In this document: piece by piece, positions 9,212-18,015 of the stretch
How the letters are laid out: each line of letters begins with the position of its first letter
Position numbering within the stretch: the stretch's first letter is position 1
Assembly (NCBI GenBank): GCA_050251875.1
Contig: JBFWMA010000002.1
Coordinates: forward strand, 32,001 to 96,000
Reading direction: 5' to 3'
Origin: Deferribacterales bacterium
GTDB lineage: Bacteria; Chrysiogenota; Deferribacteres; Deferribacterales; Geovibrionaceae
DNA length: 64,000 bases
Program-made: the position numbers and the translations under genes
Notes under the pieces: generated by a model
Told to the model about the DNA's origin: nothing
What the model saw: the letters and a program-made list of their open reading frames with translations, nothing else
Databases searched by the model: none

Positions 9212-10885
9212 ATGCGGTACCTGTTTGCATTACTTTTAATATTTTCACTGGCTCTCTCGGGCTGCGGTCTTAGCAGCGGAGGAGGTTCCGGCGCGTCTGA
9301 TCCTACTGACTCTGACGACCCCTCAACAGTCACCTACACAGGTTCAAAAGTGAGCCTGACAACCGATGATACCGGCAAGGCGAAAGTAATCAGCGACACA
9401 CTGGGCATCACCTATGAAATTATCACACAGGACAGCTCCGGTAATCCTATAACAGGCGTAACGCTGGTATACAGCGAGGACGGCGGAAAATCAGTGGTCT
9501 ATGTAAAAGACCCGTCAGGCACATATGCCGATATTGTTCTGGTGGGTACTCCCACAGAGATTTGGTATGTGGCAGGCAGATCAAAATCAACTTATGAACC
9601 CACAGATGACTTTCCTCTTGCTTTAGAATTGCAGGCTAAGTCCAGTGATGGAATCTGGGCAGGCTCCAGCTTTATCAGCGGGGTTTACCTGTCTAAGAAC
9701 TACCGCTCGGGAGCAGGCTGGACATCAGGCTGTTTCACCCCGTCCGCACTGGCGGCTAAACTGACGGCGATGGATTCATCAAAGAACGTGGTGCTCACCG
9801 TTACCAACACTATGGATGATGATAAATACAGATTTATGTACACAGGTACAGCATGGAGAACAAACGGCGCAGATCTGGTCGAAGGTGTGAACGATCTGGG
9901 CAATATGATTGCTGAAGATTATACCTATGTGAGCTATGTAACATGCTATGAGCCCGCATCAGGCGCTCTGTATGACAACGGGATAGGCGCCGTGTGCGAG
10001 ATAGAACAGTCACCTTCCTATTGCGGCAGGGTTCTGCACAAGACTAAACAGACAACAAGCTATGCCGACTATGACGATGGATATTATCAGGCAGGCATAA
10101 ATCCTGAAATGATTGGAGACCATTCCGGGGACGGCATTGTTGAGGATATTGTCCATGAACTGATATGGGAAGACCAGATATATGCTGTTGACGCAAGTAA
10201 CAAAACAACATGGGCTAATGCGCCTACCCGTTGCAGTGACCTCAGTTCAGTAGATAACTATTACGGCAAAACAGACTGGCGTCTGCCCAATATCATGGAG
10301 CTTGAGTCTCTGAAAGTATACGGCAGTGCAACACCTGCTATGGACTCTCACTTCACCTCTACCGGTGCGAACGCATGGGCATCTGATAGTGTTAATGCCT
10401 CATTTGCTTATTTGTGGCTTGCCGGCGGCAACATAACCGGTGTTATGGATGCGACCATTACATATAACAGCAGATGCGTCAGCGGAACAACTAAATCAGC
10501 TAACTATGAAAAAGATGATGATACAGGCATAGTCGCAGACAGAAGCACAGGTCTCATGTGGACAGTGGGAACATACGGCGCAGCTTCCACATGGTCAGGC
10601 GCACTCTCTCTGTGCCACGGTAAAACAACAGGCGGATACACCGACTGGAGACTGCCTAACGTTTCTGAGCTGATGTCTATAGTGAATACGTCTGCCAGTC
10701 CTGCAATCAATTCTAACTTCAGTAATATGATCGATGGAGGCTACGATTTCTGGACAGCCACAGTATCTCCCGACAATACCGGCAATGCTTATATTGTCAA
10801 TTTTACTAACGGCTCAATGAATACATCTGACAGAACATCAGCGACACCTGCGGCAGAGACCATCTGCGTCAGGGGCGGACTGTAG
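9212..10885 (+). CDS. Lipoprotein with two C-terminal DUF1566 (Lcl-like, C-type lectin fold) domains
   Basis: GGAGGG RBS before ATG 9212; lipobox LSGC; two copies of (G/E)L(M/I)W...C...DWRLP(N)xxEL...W...CV. Confidence 0.85.
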   Translation: MRYLFALLLIFSLALSGCGLSSGGGSGASDPTDSDDPSTVTYTGSKVSLTTDDTGKAKVISDTLGITYEIITQDSSGNPITGVTLVYSEDGGKSVVYVKDPSGTYADIVLVGTPTEIWYVAGRSKSTYEPTDDFPLALELQAKSSDGIWAGSSFISGVYLSKNYRSGAGWTSGCFTPSALAAKLTAMDSSKNVVLTVTNTMDDDKYRFMYTGTAWRTNGADLVEGVNDLGNMIAEDYTYVSYVTCYEPASGALYDNGIGAVCEIEQSPSYCGRVLHKTKQTTSYADYDDGYYQAGINPEMIGDHSGDGIVEDIVHELIWEDQIYAVDASNKTTWANAPTRCSDLSSVDNYYGKTDWRLPNIMELESLKVYGSATPAMDSHFTSTGANAWASDSVNASFAYLWLAGGNITGVMDATITYNSRCVSGTTKSANYEKDDDTGIVADRSTGLMWTVGTYGAASTWSGALSLCHGKTTGGYTDWRLPNVSELMSIVNTSASPAINSNFSNMIDGGYDFWTATVSPDNTGNAYIVNFTNGSMNTSDRTSATPAAETICVRGGL

Positions 10886-10908
10886 GATATTCACTCTCTC
10901 TATAAATC

Positions 10909-10948
10909 AAAAAGCTCCCCCTCATTTAAATGTCGGGGAGCTTTTTTT
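10909..10948. terminator. Bidirectional intrinsic terminator
   Basis: AAAAAGCTCCCC-N14-GGGGAGCTTTTTTT between convergent genes. Confidence 0.8.
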
Positions 10949-10953
10949 ATTAT

Positions 10954-12900
10954 TCAATCAAGAACATTCTTTTTGACTGAGCCGCTCCGGTCTGTGTCTG
11001 TCTGCTTGACGGCAGCGCCTTTCACAGCTCCTGTTATATCCGGATATGGTTCGTTTGTCTGCTGATACGCTCCGGGTGAGGGCGTGGGCAGTTCGTCTTC
11101 GCTGACGCCTGTGATATATGCCATCTTTTTTGTGTTTACCATCAGAGGCGCTGACAGCTCAGGAAAATATTTGAAATAACTAAACGATTGTTTCAGACCT
11201 GATCTTGAAACGAGGAAATCATACGCCTTGTCAGGTGATTCGTTAACGGCGATAACCAGCGCTTCCAGACCGTCAGCCATCTCATTTGCCACAGAGAGAT
11301 TGAGCTTTTTCTCCACTGCGAAATCACGCATGAGCCGCACAGCCTGCATGGCGGAATCCGTATGTCCGGCTTTCACGGCGAACATGCCGTAGTAGAGCAG
11401 GGCGATGTACTGTTTTGAGGTGTTGGTAAAAACCTCGTGTTCTTTCAGCAGAAACTCACCGATATATCTGAGAGGCATTTTTTCTGATATGTTTTTTACA
11501 AAAATGTCATATACGGGCATGAACATCTCCGGATATTCATTGAGTCCTTTTGTGTATTCGGCGAAGGCGGCGGAGTAAAACTCAGCCTCCATCAGACCGA
11601 TTCCTTTATCCAGATATTCTGCTGCTTTAACGTTCTTCTCTCCGGCTGAGGGCATTTTTATCAGCTCTCCGTTACGGAACAAAAACCATGCGTCAGCGTC
11701 CCGCACATACACAGCCTTAGGCTCTGTGGTCTGTTTATACCAGAATGTTTGCAGATAGATCGCTTTGCCGTCTTTGATAAGATATTCATCGGCGGCGTTG
11801 TTCCACACATTTATCAGTCTGCCGTTCGGCGAGAAATATACTTTTGCGCCGTTGAAAGAATCGGTGAATACAGTGGGGAAGGGGACTGCTTTCTCTTTAT
11901 CCAGATCAATCAGATACTCTATATGGTGGCTGGTGTTTACCGCGTACTGTGAAAAAGGGCTCAGATAGAGAGCTATATCTGAGTCGGTGAGCAGAGTGCG
12001 GCAGTCTTTCCAGAAGGTTTTGGTGCCGCTGTTTATGTCGCAGAGCCTCAGAGAAAAGTCGTCTCCCTGTATAACCATCTTCTGTCCGTCATTGATAACG
12101 CCGTATCCAAAGTGTACTCTGGAGAAAAAGTTTTTGAACTGTCCGCCGGATGCGAAATCAAAAACTGTGTAGGCGTCATTGTTACGGAATTGAAAGAGTT
12201 TTCCGGCTCTGTCGAATTTCATAGGGGCAACCATCTCGCCTTTTTTTGGAAAAGAGAACAGCTCATATTTTTTGTCGTCTGCCAGAGAGTAAATCTCTAT
12301 CCTGTATTTTCCGTTGTACTCCGCCAGAGCCGCCGTGTGCTTTCCGCTGTAATCTATGACAGGTTCATAACCGATGGGCTCTATGGGTATCTCTTTGAAC
12401 TCTTTTTTGTCAGGGTACACGGCATAGAGTTTCTCTGGGGTGAGAGAGTTTGGTTCCGGCTTATGCTTATAGACTTCAGCGAAAAGAGTCGATCCGTCAG
12501 CGGACATTTGTATCCGTCTGGGGCATCTGAGCTCTGTTCTGTCTTTACAGCTTTCAAAATCGTCATAGTCGAGAAAGTATTTGTCCTCCGGTTTTTCGCC
12601 GAAGAAACCGAAAAGTTTTTTAGAAGTGTCCGTCTTCATGCCATCGAAACTGTGCAGAACATAGGTGCCCAGAGAGCTGTCATAGTCCCACAGGGTGGAT
12701 TTCTGGACAAAATCATTACTGCCTTTGGTAAAAGAAGAGACCAGAACTCTCTTTCCGTCATCGGATATCTGATAAACAGGGGTGTATTTTTCCCTGTATT
12801 CATCGTTCATGTAATCTGTCATTTTAACGGGCGCATCCGCCGCAACGGCAGAAAAACCCGAGAACAGCATTGTCAGTCCCAGCAAAAACAATCTGATCAT
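10954..12900 (-). CDS. Exported protein, beta-propeller-like N-terminal part plus helical TPR-like C-terminal part
   Basis: Signal peptide (AVA-A); repeated SxDG/SPNG/DYSG blade motifs; AAGGAG RBS. Confidence 0.65.
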   Translation of the reverse strand: MIRLFLLGLTMLFSGFSAVAADAPVKMTDYMNDEYREKYTPVYQISDDGKRVLVSSFTKGSNDFVQKSTLWDYDSSLGTYVLHSFDGMKTDTSKKLFGFFGEKPEDKYFLDYDDFESCKDRTELRCPRRIQMSADGSTLFAEVYKHKPEPNSLTPEKLYAVYPDKKEFKEIPIEPIGYEPVIDYSGKHTAALAEYNGKYRIEIYSLADDKKYELFSFPKKGEMVAPMKFDRAGKLFQFRNNDAYTVFDFASGGQFKNFFSRVHFGYGVINDGQKMVIQGDDFSLRLCDINSGTKTFWKDCRTLLTDSDIALYLSPFSQYAVNTSHHIEYLIDLDKEKAVPFPTVFTDSFNGAKVYFSPNGRLINVWNNAADEYLIKDGKAIYLQTFWYKQTTEPKAVYVRDADAWFLFRNGELIKMPSAGEKNVKAAEYLDKGIGLMEAEFYSAAFAEYTKGLNEYPEMFMPVYDIFVKNISEKMPLRYIGEFLLKEHEVFTNTSKQYIALLYYGMFAVKAGHTDSAMQAVRLMRDFAVEKKLNLSVANEMADGLEALVIAVNESPDKAYDFLVSRSGLKQSFSYFKYFPELSAPLMVNTKKMAYITGVSEDELPTPSPGAYQQTNEPYPDITGAVKGAAVKQTDTDRSGSVKKNVLD

Positions 12901-12913
12901 AATAAGTCTCCTT

Positions 12914-15900
12914 CTATTTCATGGCTCCCATGACACCACGCCCGTAGGTGACAAGTGGTGTGTTCGGATCTCCGCTCCATTTTATTCCTATATGGTCGCT
13001 GGATGTTCTGGCAAATACCGCCGAACCTCTGCCGGAATTGATATCACCCGCTATTTTCTCCGCCTCCTGTCTGCTGAGCGTTCCGTATGCTTTTACAGAA
13101 CGGTTATAGTGAGACGGTGACGCTGAGCTTCTGTTGAAGAAGCCGGTTTTCGGAGGTGTCTTGCCTGTGACTATTCCTGCGCTGTAGGCGGATTTAAAAC
13201 TGCCGGACGATACAGAGCCGCTCTGTTCCAGCACAACCCAATAGATGGTCTGCGCCTGTGCTTTCGGCTGAGCCTGTCTCAGCTCGGATGCGGAGATATG
13301 CCCTCTGTCCGCCAGCTTTTTAAGTGTTTTGTCGGCACATTCCATGTTGAACCCGCCGCCTTTTATTGTTTTATAGATAACCTGTGCCACGCCTTTTTCC
13401 TGTTCTTTTTCGAAGGCGTCCAGCTCCGGACGGGTTTTTCTGCCTATGCTGTCATAGTCCATATCTGAGTTCAGGAGCAGTTTCCGGATTTTATCATACG
13501 CCTGCGGGGCGTTTTGCCTGTAACAGGGATCTATCGTGTTGTTCAGTATATTTTCCGCCATGGCGCTCCATCTGGCTCTTCCCTGAGACGCATAGTCAGA
13601 CTGAGCAGTTTGAGCAGGCACTGACTGAACTTGAGCTGGTGTTTGAACAGGAGCAGGGGCGGGTATCGGTGCCTGAGTTATAGTTTTTGGCTCTATTACA
13701 GGTTTCGGCTGTTCAGCTTGTTTTGCGGTTTCAGTTTTCGGCGGTTTTTTGTCGTCTATTTCGAATTTTGTACGGCTGAACGCTGCTATCCTGCGCACGG
13801 TGCCGGAAACATCTATCAGCCTCAGAGTAACTTCGTATTCGCCGTTGCTCATGCCGTCTGTTCCGAACCTCAGCACATTGGCTTTCGGGTCTTTGCCGTT
13901 TGTTTTTTTATAGAGTTCTCCATTTACCAGCCATTGAACTTCGTATTTGTCCCAGTCGCCGTTCTTTGCCGCGCGAAAAGCCAGAACATCTCCCGGTTTT
14001 GCAGTGCCGGAAAGAATCTTTCCGCCTGATTCCGGAAAATGCCCTGTGAAGGATGCTATTGAGCCTATCCCGGCGCTGTCTGTCAGCCTGAATTTTTTCT
14101 CACGCCAGTCCGCCTGAAGAAGACTGTCCGTCTCGAAAACCCTCACCACAGCGCTGTACTGTCCGGAAGGCATGCCGTCCGGCATGGCGAAAATCACGCT
14201 GGCGGAATCCGGCATAGATGCGCTGGTTCTGTCTTTCATAGTGATACTGCGTCCGTCCGGAAGTTTCAGCTCCCAGATGGTAAAGTATCCGCTTTCCCAT
14301 TTAGAGTTTCTGTCTATCTGAAAGGCGAGTGTCTCGCCGTAGTCCGCCTCGTCATAAAGCGACCGTCCGTTCAGCCCGCCCCGGAATCCCCTTATCTCGC
14401 CCATATCAATGGTTCTGATGCGGTCTCTGGCATCCGTCATCTTTTCCCGCTGGAGCTCCATAGACTTCTCACGCTCGAAATCACCGAGAAAATTATTAGA
14501 CACGTCCCGCACCGTCTTAACGCCTTCAGAAACAGCCTGAGCGCCGGATACAAGAGGCTCTACAGTCATGGACGCCACAGTCTCCGCCGTGACGGTGGAT
14601 GTCATGGCAAACATAACGAAGGCGGGATGCACCTGCCAGTCGGTTTCTCCACGTTCCAGCTCTTTTCTGAAATATTCCATATATTTGTCGGCTCTCTCCC
14701 CGACATCCCATCCCCTCTCCAGAGCGTCTATAAGAGGGATAGGCATCAGCTCGACAGCCGCCACAGCAGCAGCTTTCATTATTTTCTCAGTGTTAGAGTC
14801 AGTTTTATCAAAATTCCAGAAAAGATGATTTCCCTGCTCAGCCTCTTTCAGCCTTTGGTTTATTGACATCAGATTTCCGGCAAAGCCTGCTATGTTTCCG
14901 GCGGTCTCCAGCGATATTTTCGGAGAAGAGGGTATTTTTTTCTGCGCCAGCTTGAGGGATTCTGTCTGTCCTCTCATGTACTCGGCAAGGTCGGCGGGGT
15001 TTTTGAACCCGTATTCCTGAAGATTTCTGGCGACAGCCTCCACATCCGTGGAACTGGAACCGTCCACAGACATGATTATCTCTGCCGCCCGGGCGAAGTT
15101 TTCCGGCAGTCTGCCCACATCGTATCCCTGTTTTTCATAAGATGCCCGCACAGATTCCAGAGTCTCCATGCCCTTTTTCATCTGCGCCAGCCCCTCGGCT
15201 GTATGCATGTTTTTTTGAGAGATGTTTTCCGCGCTGTCCACCCGGCTGAGCTGTTCCCATGATTTATGAAAATACATCATGGACATGCTTTCGGCGTCAG
15301 CCAGCGTTCCCTGTCCGGATTTTACCTTTACAATATTCGGCACTGATTCCACAGATATTCTGCCGTCAGCTTTTTGAGTGACTTTTATTCTGTCGGCGCT
15401 GTTTTTCAGGTTCTGGTCGGAATAGTCGTGGCTCGCCTCCATGTGAAAACTGTCGGTGGCTAGCTGACGGAATTTTTCGGCGTGTTCCTGAATCTTCTGC
15501 CTGTCGTCAGATGAATATCCTGTCCGTTTGGCAAATTCTTTATAATAGACGTCTTTCCACTTATCCGCCGGAACTTCCGCCCATCTGCCGGGCTCTACCT
15601 CCGCCAGAATCCGGACGTCCCTGTCTGTGTTCACGGACGAACCGTCCGCCCCTGGAGTCCTGAAGTCGTGGGTGATTATCCTTTTACCCTCATATTCAGG
15701 CAGATCGCTTATGTATTTCACTGTTTCAGCGTCTGCGGGTTTATATACATTGTTTTCCAGAGTTTTTGTAAAAGTCCTCTGAGCGTTTTTATCCGCCGAG
15801 TTTTTCAGGTCTCTTGTCAGTCTGGAATCCTGAAATGTTTTCAGCACTTCTGTCAGGTCGCTGTAGTCTGACCCGGCGCAATATCCCTGAAAAGAGAGAA

Positions 15901-15943
15901 GCAGTATTATGAAAGACAGCAGGGCGGTTTTAGCGTTTTTCAT
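12914..15943 (-). CDS. Large exported hypothetical protein with two Ig-like internal repeats and a Pro/Gln/Thr linker
   Basis: 1009-aa ORF with signal peptide, duplicated ~110-aa beta-rich unit, PAPAPVQTPAQ linker. Confidence 0.7.
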   Translation of the reverse strand: MKNAKTALLSFIILLLSFQGYCAGSDYSDLTEVLKTFQDSRLTRDLKNSADKNAQRTFTKTLENNVYKPADAETVKYISDLPEYEGKRIITHDFRTPGADGSSVNTDRDVRILAEVEPGRWAEVPADKWKDVYYKEFAKRTGYSSDDRQKIQEHAEKFRQLATDSFHMEASHDYSDQNLKNSADRIKVTQKADGRISVESVPNIVKVKSGQGTLADAESMSMMYFHKSWEQLSRVDSAENISQKNMHTAEGLAQMKKGMETLESVRASYEKQGYDVGRLPENFARAAEIIMSVDGSSSTDVEAVARNLQEYGFKNPADLAEYMRGQTESLKLAQKKIPSSPKISLETAGNIAGFAGNLMSINQRLKEAEQGNHLFWNFDKTDSNTEKIMKAAAVAAVELMPIPLIDALERGWDVGERADKYMEYFRKELERGETDWQVHPAFVMFAMTSTVTAETVASMTVEPLVSGAQAVSEGVKTVRDVSNNFLGDFEREKSMELQREKMTDARDRIRTIDMGEIRGFRGGLNGRSLYDEADYGETLAFQIDRNSKWESGYFTIWELKLPDGRSITMKDRTSASMPDSASVIFAMPDGMPSGQYSAVVRVFETDSLLQADWREKKFRLTDSAGIGSIASFTGHFPESGGKILSGTAKPGDVLAFRAAKNGDWDKYEVQWLVNGELYKKTNGKDPKANVLRFGTDGMSNGEYEVTLRLIDVSGTVRRIAAFSRTKFEIDDKKPPKTETAKQAEQPKPVIEPKTITQAPIPAPAPVQTPAQVQSVPAQTAQSDYASQGRARWSAMAENILNNTIDPCYRQNAPQAYDKIRKLLLNSDMDYDSIGRKTRPELDAFEKEQEKGVAQVIYKTIKGGGFNMECADKTLKKLADRGHISASELRQAQPKAQAQTIYWVVLEQSGSVSSGSFKSAYSAGIVTGKTPPKTGFFNRSSASPSHYNRSVKAYGTLSRQEAEKIAGDINSGRGSAVFARTSSDHIGIKWSGDPNTPLVTYGRGVMGAMK

Positions 15944-16709
15944 CAGCGTCCTCCCTGTCCCACTGCTTCAGCAGGGTCTGTATATAGTCTGCCTCGGCTT
16001 TGTCTTTGCTTTTTATATTCAGCAGTTTTTTCGCTACCTGTTTTTCTCCTGCGTGGCGTTTCAGAACCGCCAGAGCGATGGCAACTCCGTTTTTGTCAGG
16101 ATATTTTGTGCGCAGTAAGCCGAAATAGTCTGCGCCCGCCTTTACCCGTCCGTCCATCACATAACACAGGGCGAGAGGAGCGGTGTTGATGCCTGTCACC
16201 ATTGTTTCGCTTTCGTCAAAAAGCTGTTTATATACCTCTATGGCAGACCAGAACCTGCCCAGTTTCATCAGATTCTGCGCCAGAAGAAGCCTCGCAGGAG
16301 CGTTCGCCGGATCCAGCTCCGCCGCCTGAATCAGCAGATTGACAGCCAGCTCCAGTGACGCTTTGTCGGCGGAAAACTCTGAGTATATCTCTGCCAGAAG
16401 AACCTTCGGCTTGCTCCACTGAGGGCTCAGCTCGCATGCGGAGGCGGCGTTGTATATCGCTTTTTGCAGTGACGCTGTTTTTTTATTCCGGCGCCACTCA
16501 GCGTAGGCGTCTGCGGCTGTTCCGGCACGCAGAACCGCCAGCCGCTCATAGAGCAGAGGCGAGGGCGTTTTTCTTATCTGTTCGGATATCCGTCTGTCTT
16601 CACGCTCCTGAGCTGTTTCGGCGCAAAACACCGTTGCGGGCAGAAGAAACAGCGCCAGAAGAAGAGCCGTGAAAGCCAGTTTATTATGTTTAATGGTGTA
16701 AATATTCAT
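15930..16709 (-). CDS. Exported TPR protein
   Basis: Signal peptide; TPR patterns AAELDPANAPARLLLA, ACELSPQWSKPKVLLA. Confidence 0.75.
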   Translation of the reverse strand: MNIYTIKHNKLAFTALLLALFLLPATVFCAETAQEREDRRISEQIRKTPSPLLYERLAVLRAGTAADAYAEWRRNKKTASLQKAIYNAASACELSPQWSKPKVLLAEIYSEFSADKASLELAVNLLIQAAELDPANAPARLLLAQNLMKLGRFWSAIEVYKQLFDESETMVTGINTAPLALCYVMDGRVKAGADYFGLLRTKYPDKNGVAIALAVLKRHAGEKQVAKKLLNIKSKDKAEADYIQTLLKQWDREDADEKR

Positions 16710-16844
16710 GCTTCATATTAGCAAAAAAAATTAGCGTACGCTCATTTTTTTCCGTCACGGATATGTGAAAAGTACGGTTTTCGTTAAGTGATCAGATTCC
16801 GGGACGATGCAGTAAATAAGAAGAAATATTATTGGAGTCATTCT

Positions 16845-17915
16845 ATGCAGATCTCTGAGACCGGCAGTCTGAACACCATCACCGGCTCATCTTTCACACA
16901 TCAGCAGACCCCTAAAGGAATAGCTGAAAAAGCGGCGGATGAGTATATTTCGGGAATGTTCAGCACGCCGGAGACATATAATTCGTCAGGCACATTCGGT
17001 CCGGATATCACTACATCTATGATATCCGCCGATAACGCTCTGGATAATTTCAAAGAGATCTTCGGCACGGAAGAAACCACGGCGGAAAACGACAACAGCG
17101 AGTCCGCAGCGGAAATCCGGGACAAAATTCTGAACTCTGCCGCCGGAACAGACAGCTCATTCATGGCTTCAGACCGGGATGACAGTATGCTGGTGGAAGA
17201 CGTCTCCGGCGTGACTATCAATACCAAAGAGGGCGATGATAAAATATTTCTGAATGACGCTGACGGCGTGGCGCTCAATATGGGCGATGGAGACGATCAG
17301 ATTTCGATGAATGATACCGTCAAGAATGCCTCCGCAAATATGGGTGACGGGGACGACACGGTGAATATATACGGCGCTGAAGGCGTTGTGGTCTCCGGCG
17401 ACACAGGAAGCGACACCATAAATGTGGAGAGTGGAGAGGACGTGTATATCAGCGGCGGAGCAGGAAACGATATAATAAATGTTACCCAGGCGACCAACCT
17501 CTCGATAGACGGCGGGGACGGTGACGACCAGATCATTCTGAAAGCCGGACAGTACGGAACCATCTCCGGAGGCAGCGGAAGCGATGTGATAACCGGAGCC
17601 GGAAATATATCCGGTGGCACAGGTGACGATTTTATCAGTCTGGAACGGGCTTTCTCCACGGAAACCTATTCTATGGTGCAGACCCGAGTGACATATAATA
17701 AAGGTGACGGACACGACATTGTGACCGGAGCTGACGAGAACACCACCATCGTGATGAACGGTATGTCGTCTGATGATGTCGAAATCAAGGAAGAGGTCGG
17801 CGAATCCGGCAAAAGAGAAAAAGTAATCTCTATGAAAGACGGTTCAGGAAGCATCCGTGTGCGTGGCGGTTCCGGAGCAAAGCTGGAATTCACTGACGGC
17901 ACCGTGACACTTTAA
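16845..17915 (+). CDS. Acidic RTX/hemolysin-type Ca-binding repeat protein
   Basis: GGAG RBS before ATG 16845; repeats GDGDD, GGAGND, GGDGDD, GGSGSD, GGTGDD; YNKGDGHD motif; no signal peptide. Confidence 0.8.
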   Translation: MQISETGSLNTITGSSFTHQQTPKGIAEKAADEYISGMFSTPETYNSSGTFGPDITTSMISADNALDNFKEIFGTEETTAENDNSESAAEIRDKILNSAAGTDSSFMASDRDDSMLVEDVSGVTINTKEGDDKIFLNDADGVALNMGDGDDQISMNDTVKNASANMGDGDDTVNIYGAEGVVVSGDTGSDTINVESGEDVYISGGAGNDIINVTQATNLSIDGGDGDDQIILKAGQYGTISGGSGSDVITGAGNISGGTGDDFISLERAFSTETYSMVQTRVTYNKGDGHDIVTGADENTTIVMNGMSSDDVEIKEEVGESGKREKVISMKDGSGSIRVRGGSGAKLEFTDGTVTL

Positions 17916-18015
17916 CCTTTCTAAAATCTATTCTATGATAAGTATATTCAAAAACTAACCATAACGGACATCCCGCGGCGATATATGTGCTATAATACTA
18001 TAACAGGCAAAATTT

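Noticed and set aside
9212..10950. Complete diversity-generating retroelement
   Set aside because: No reverse transcriptase, accessory gene or template repeat is seen in the window.
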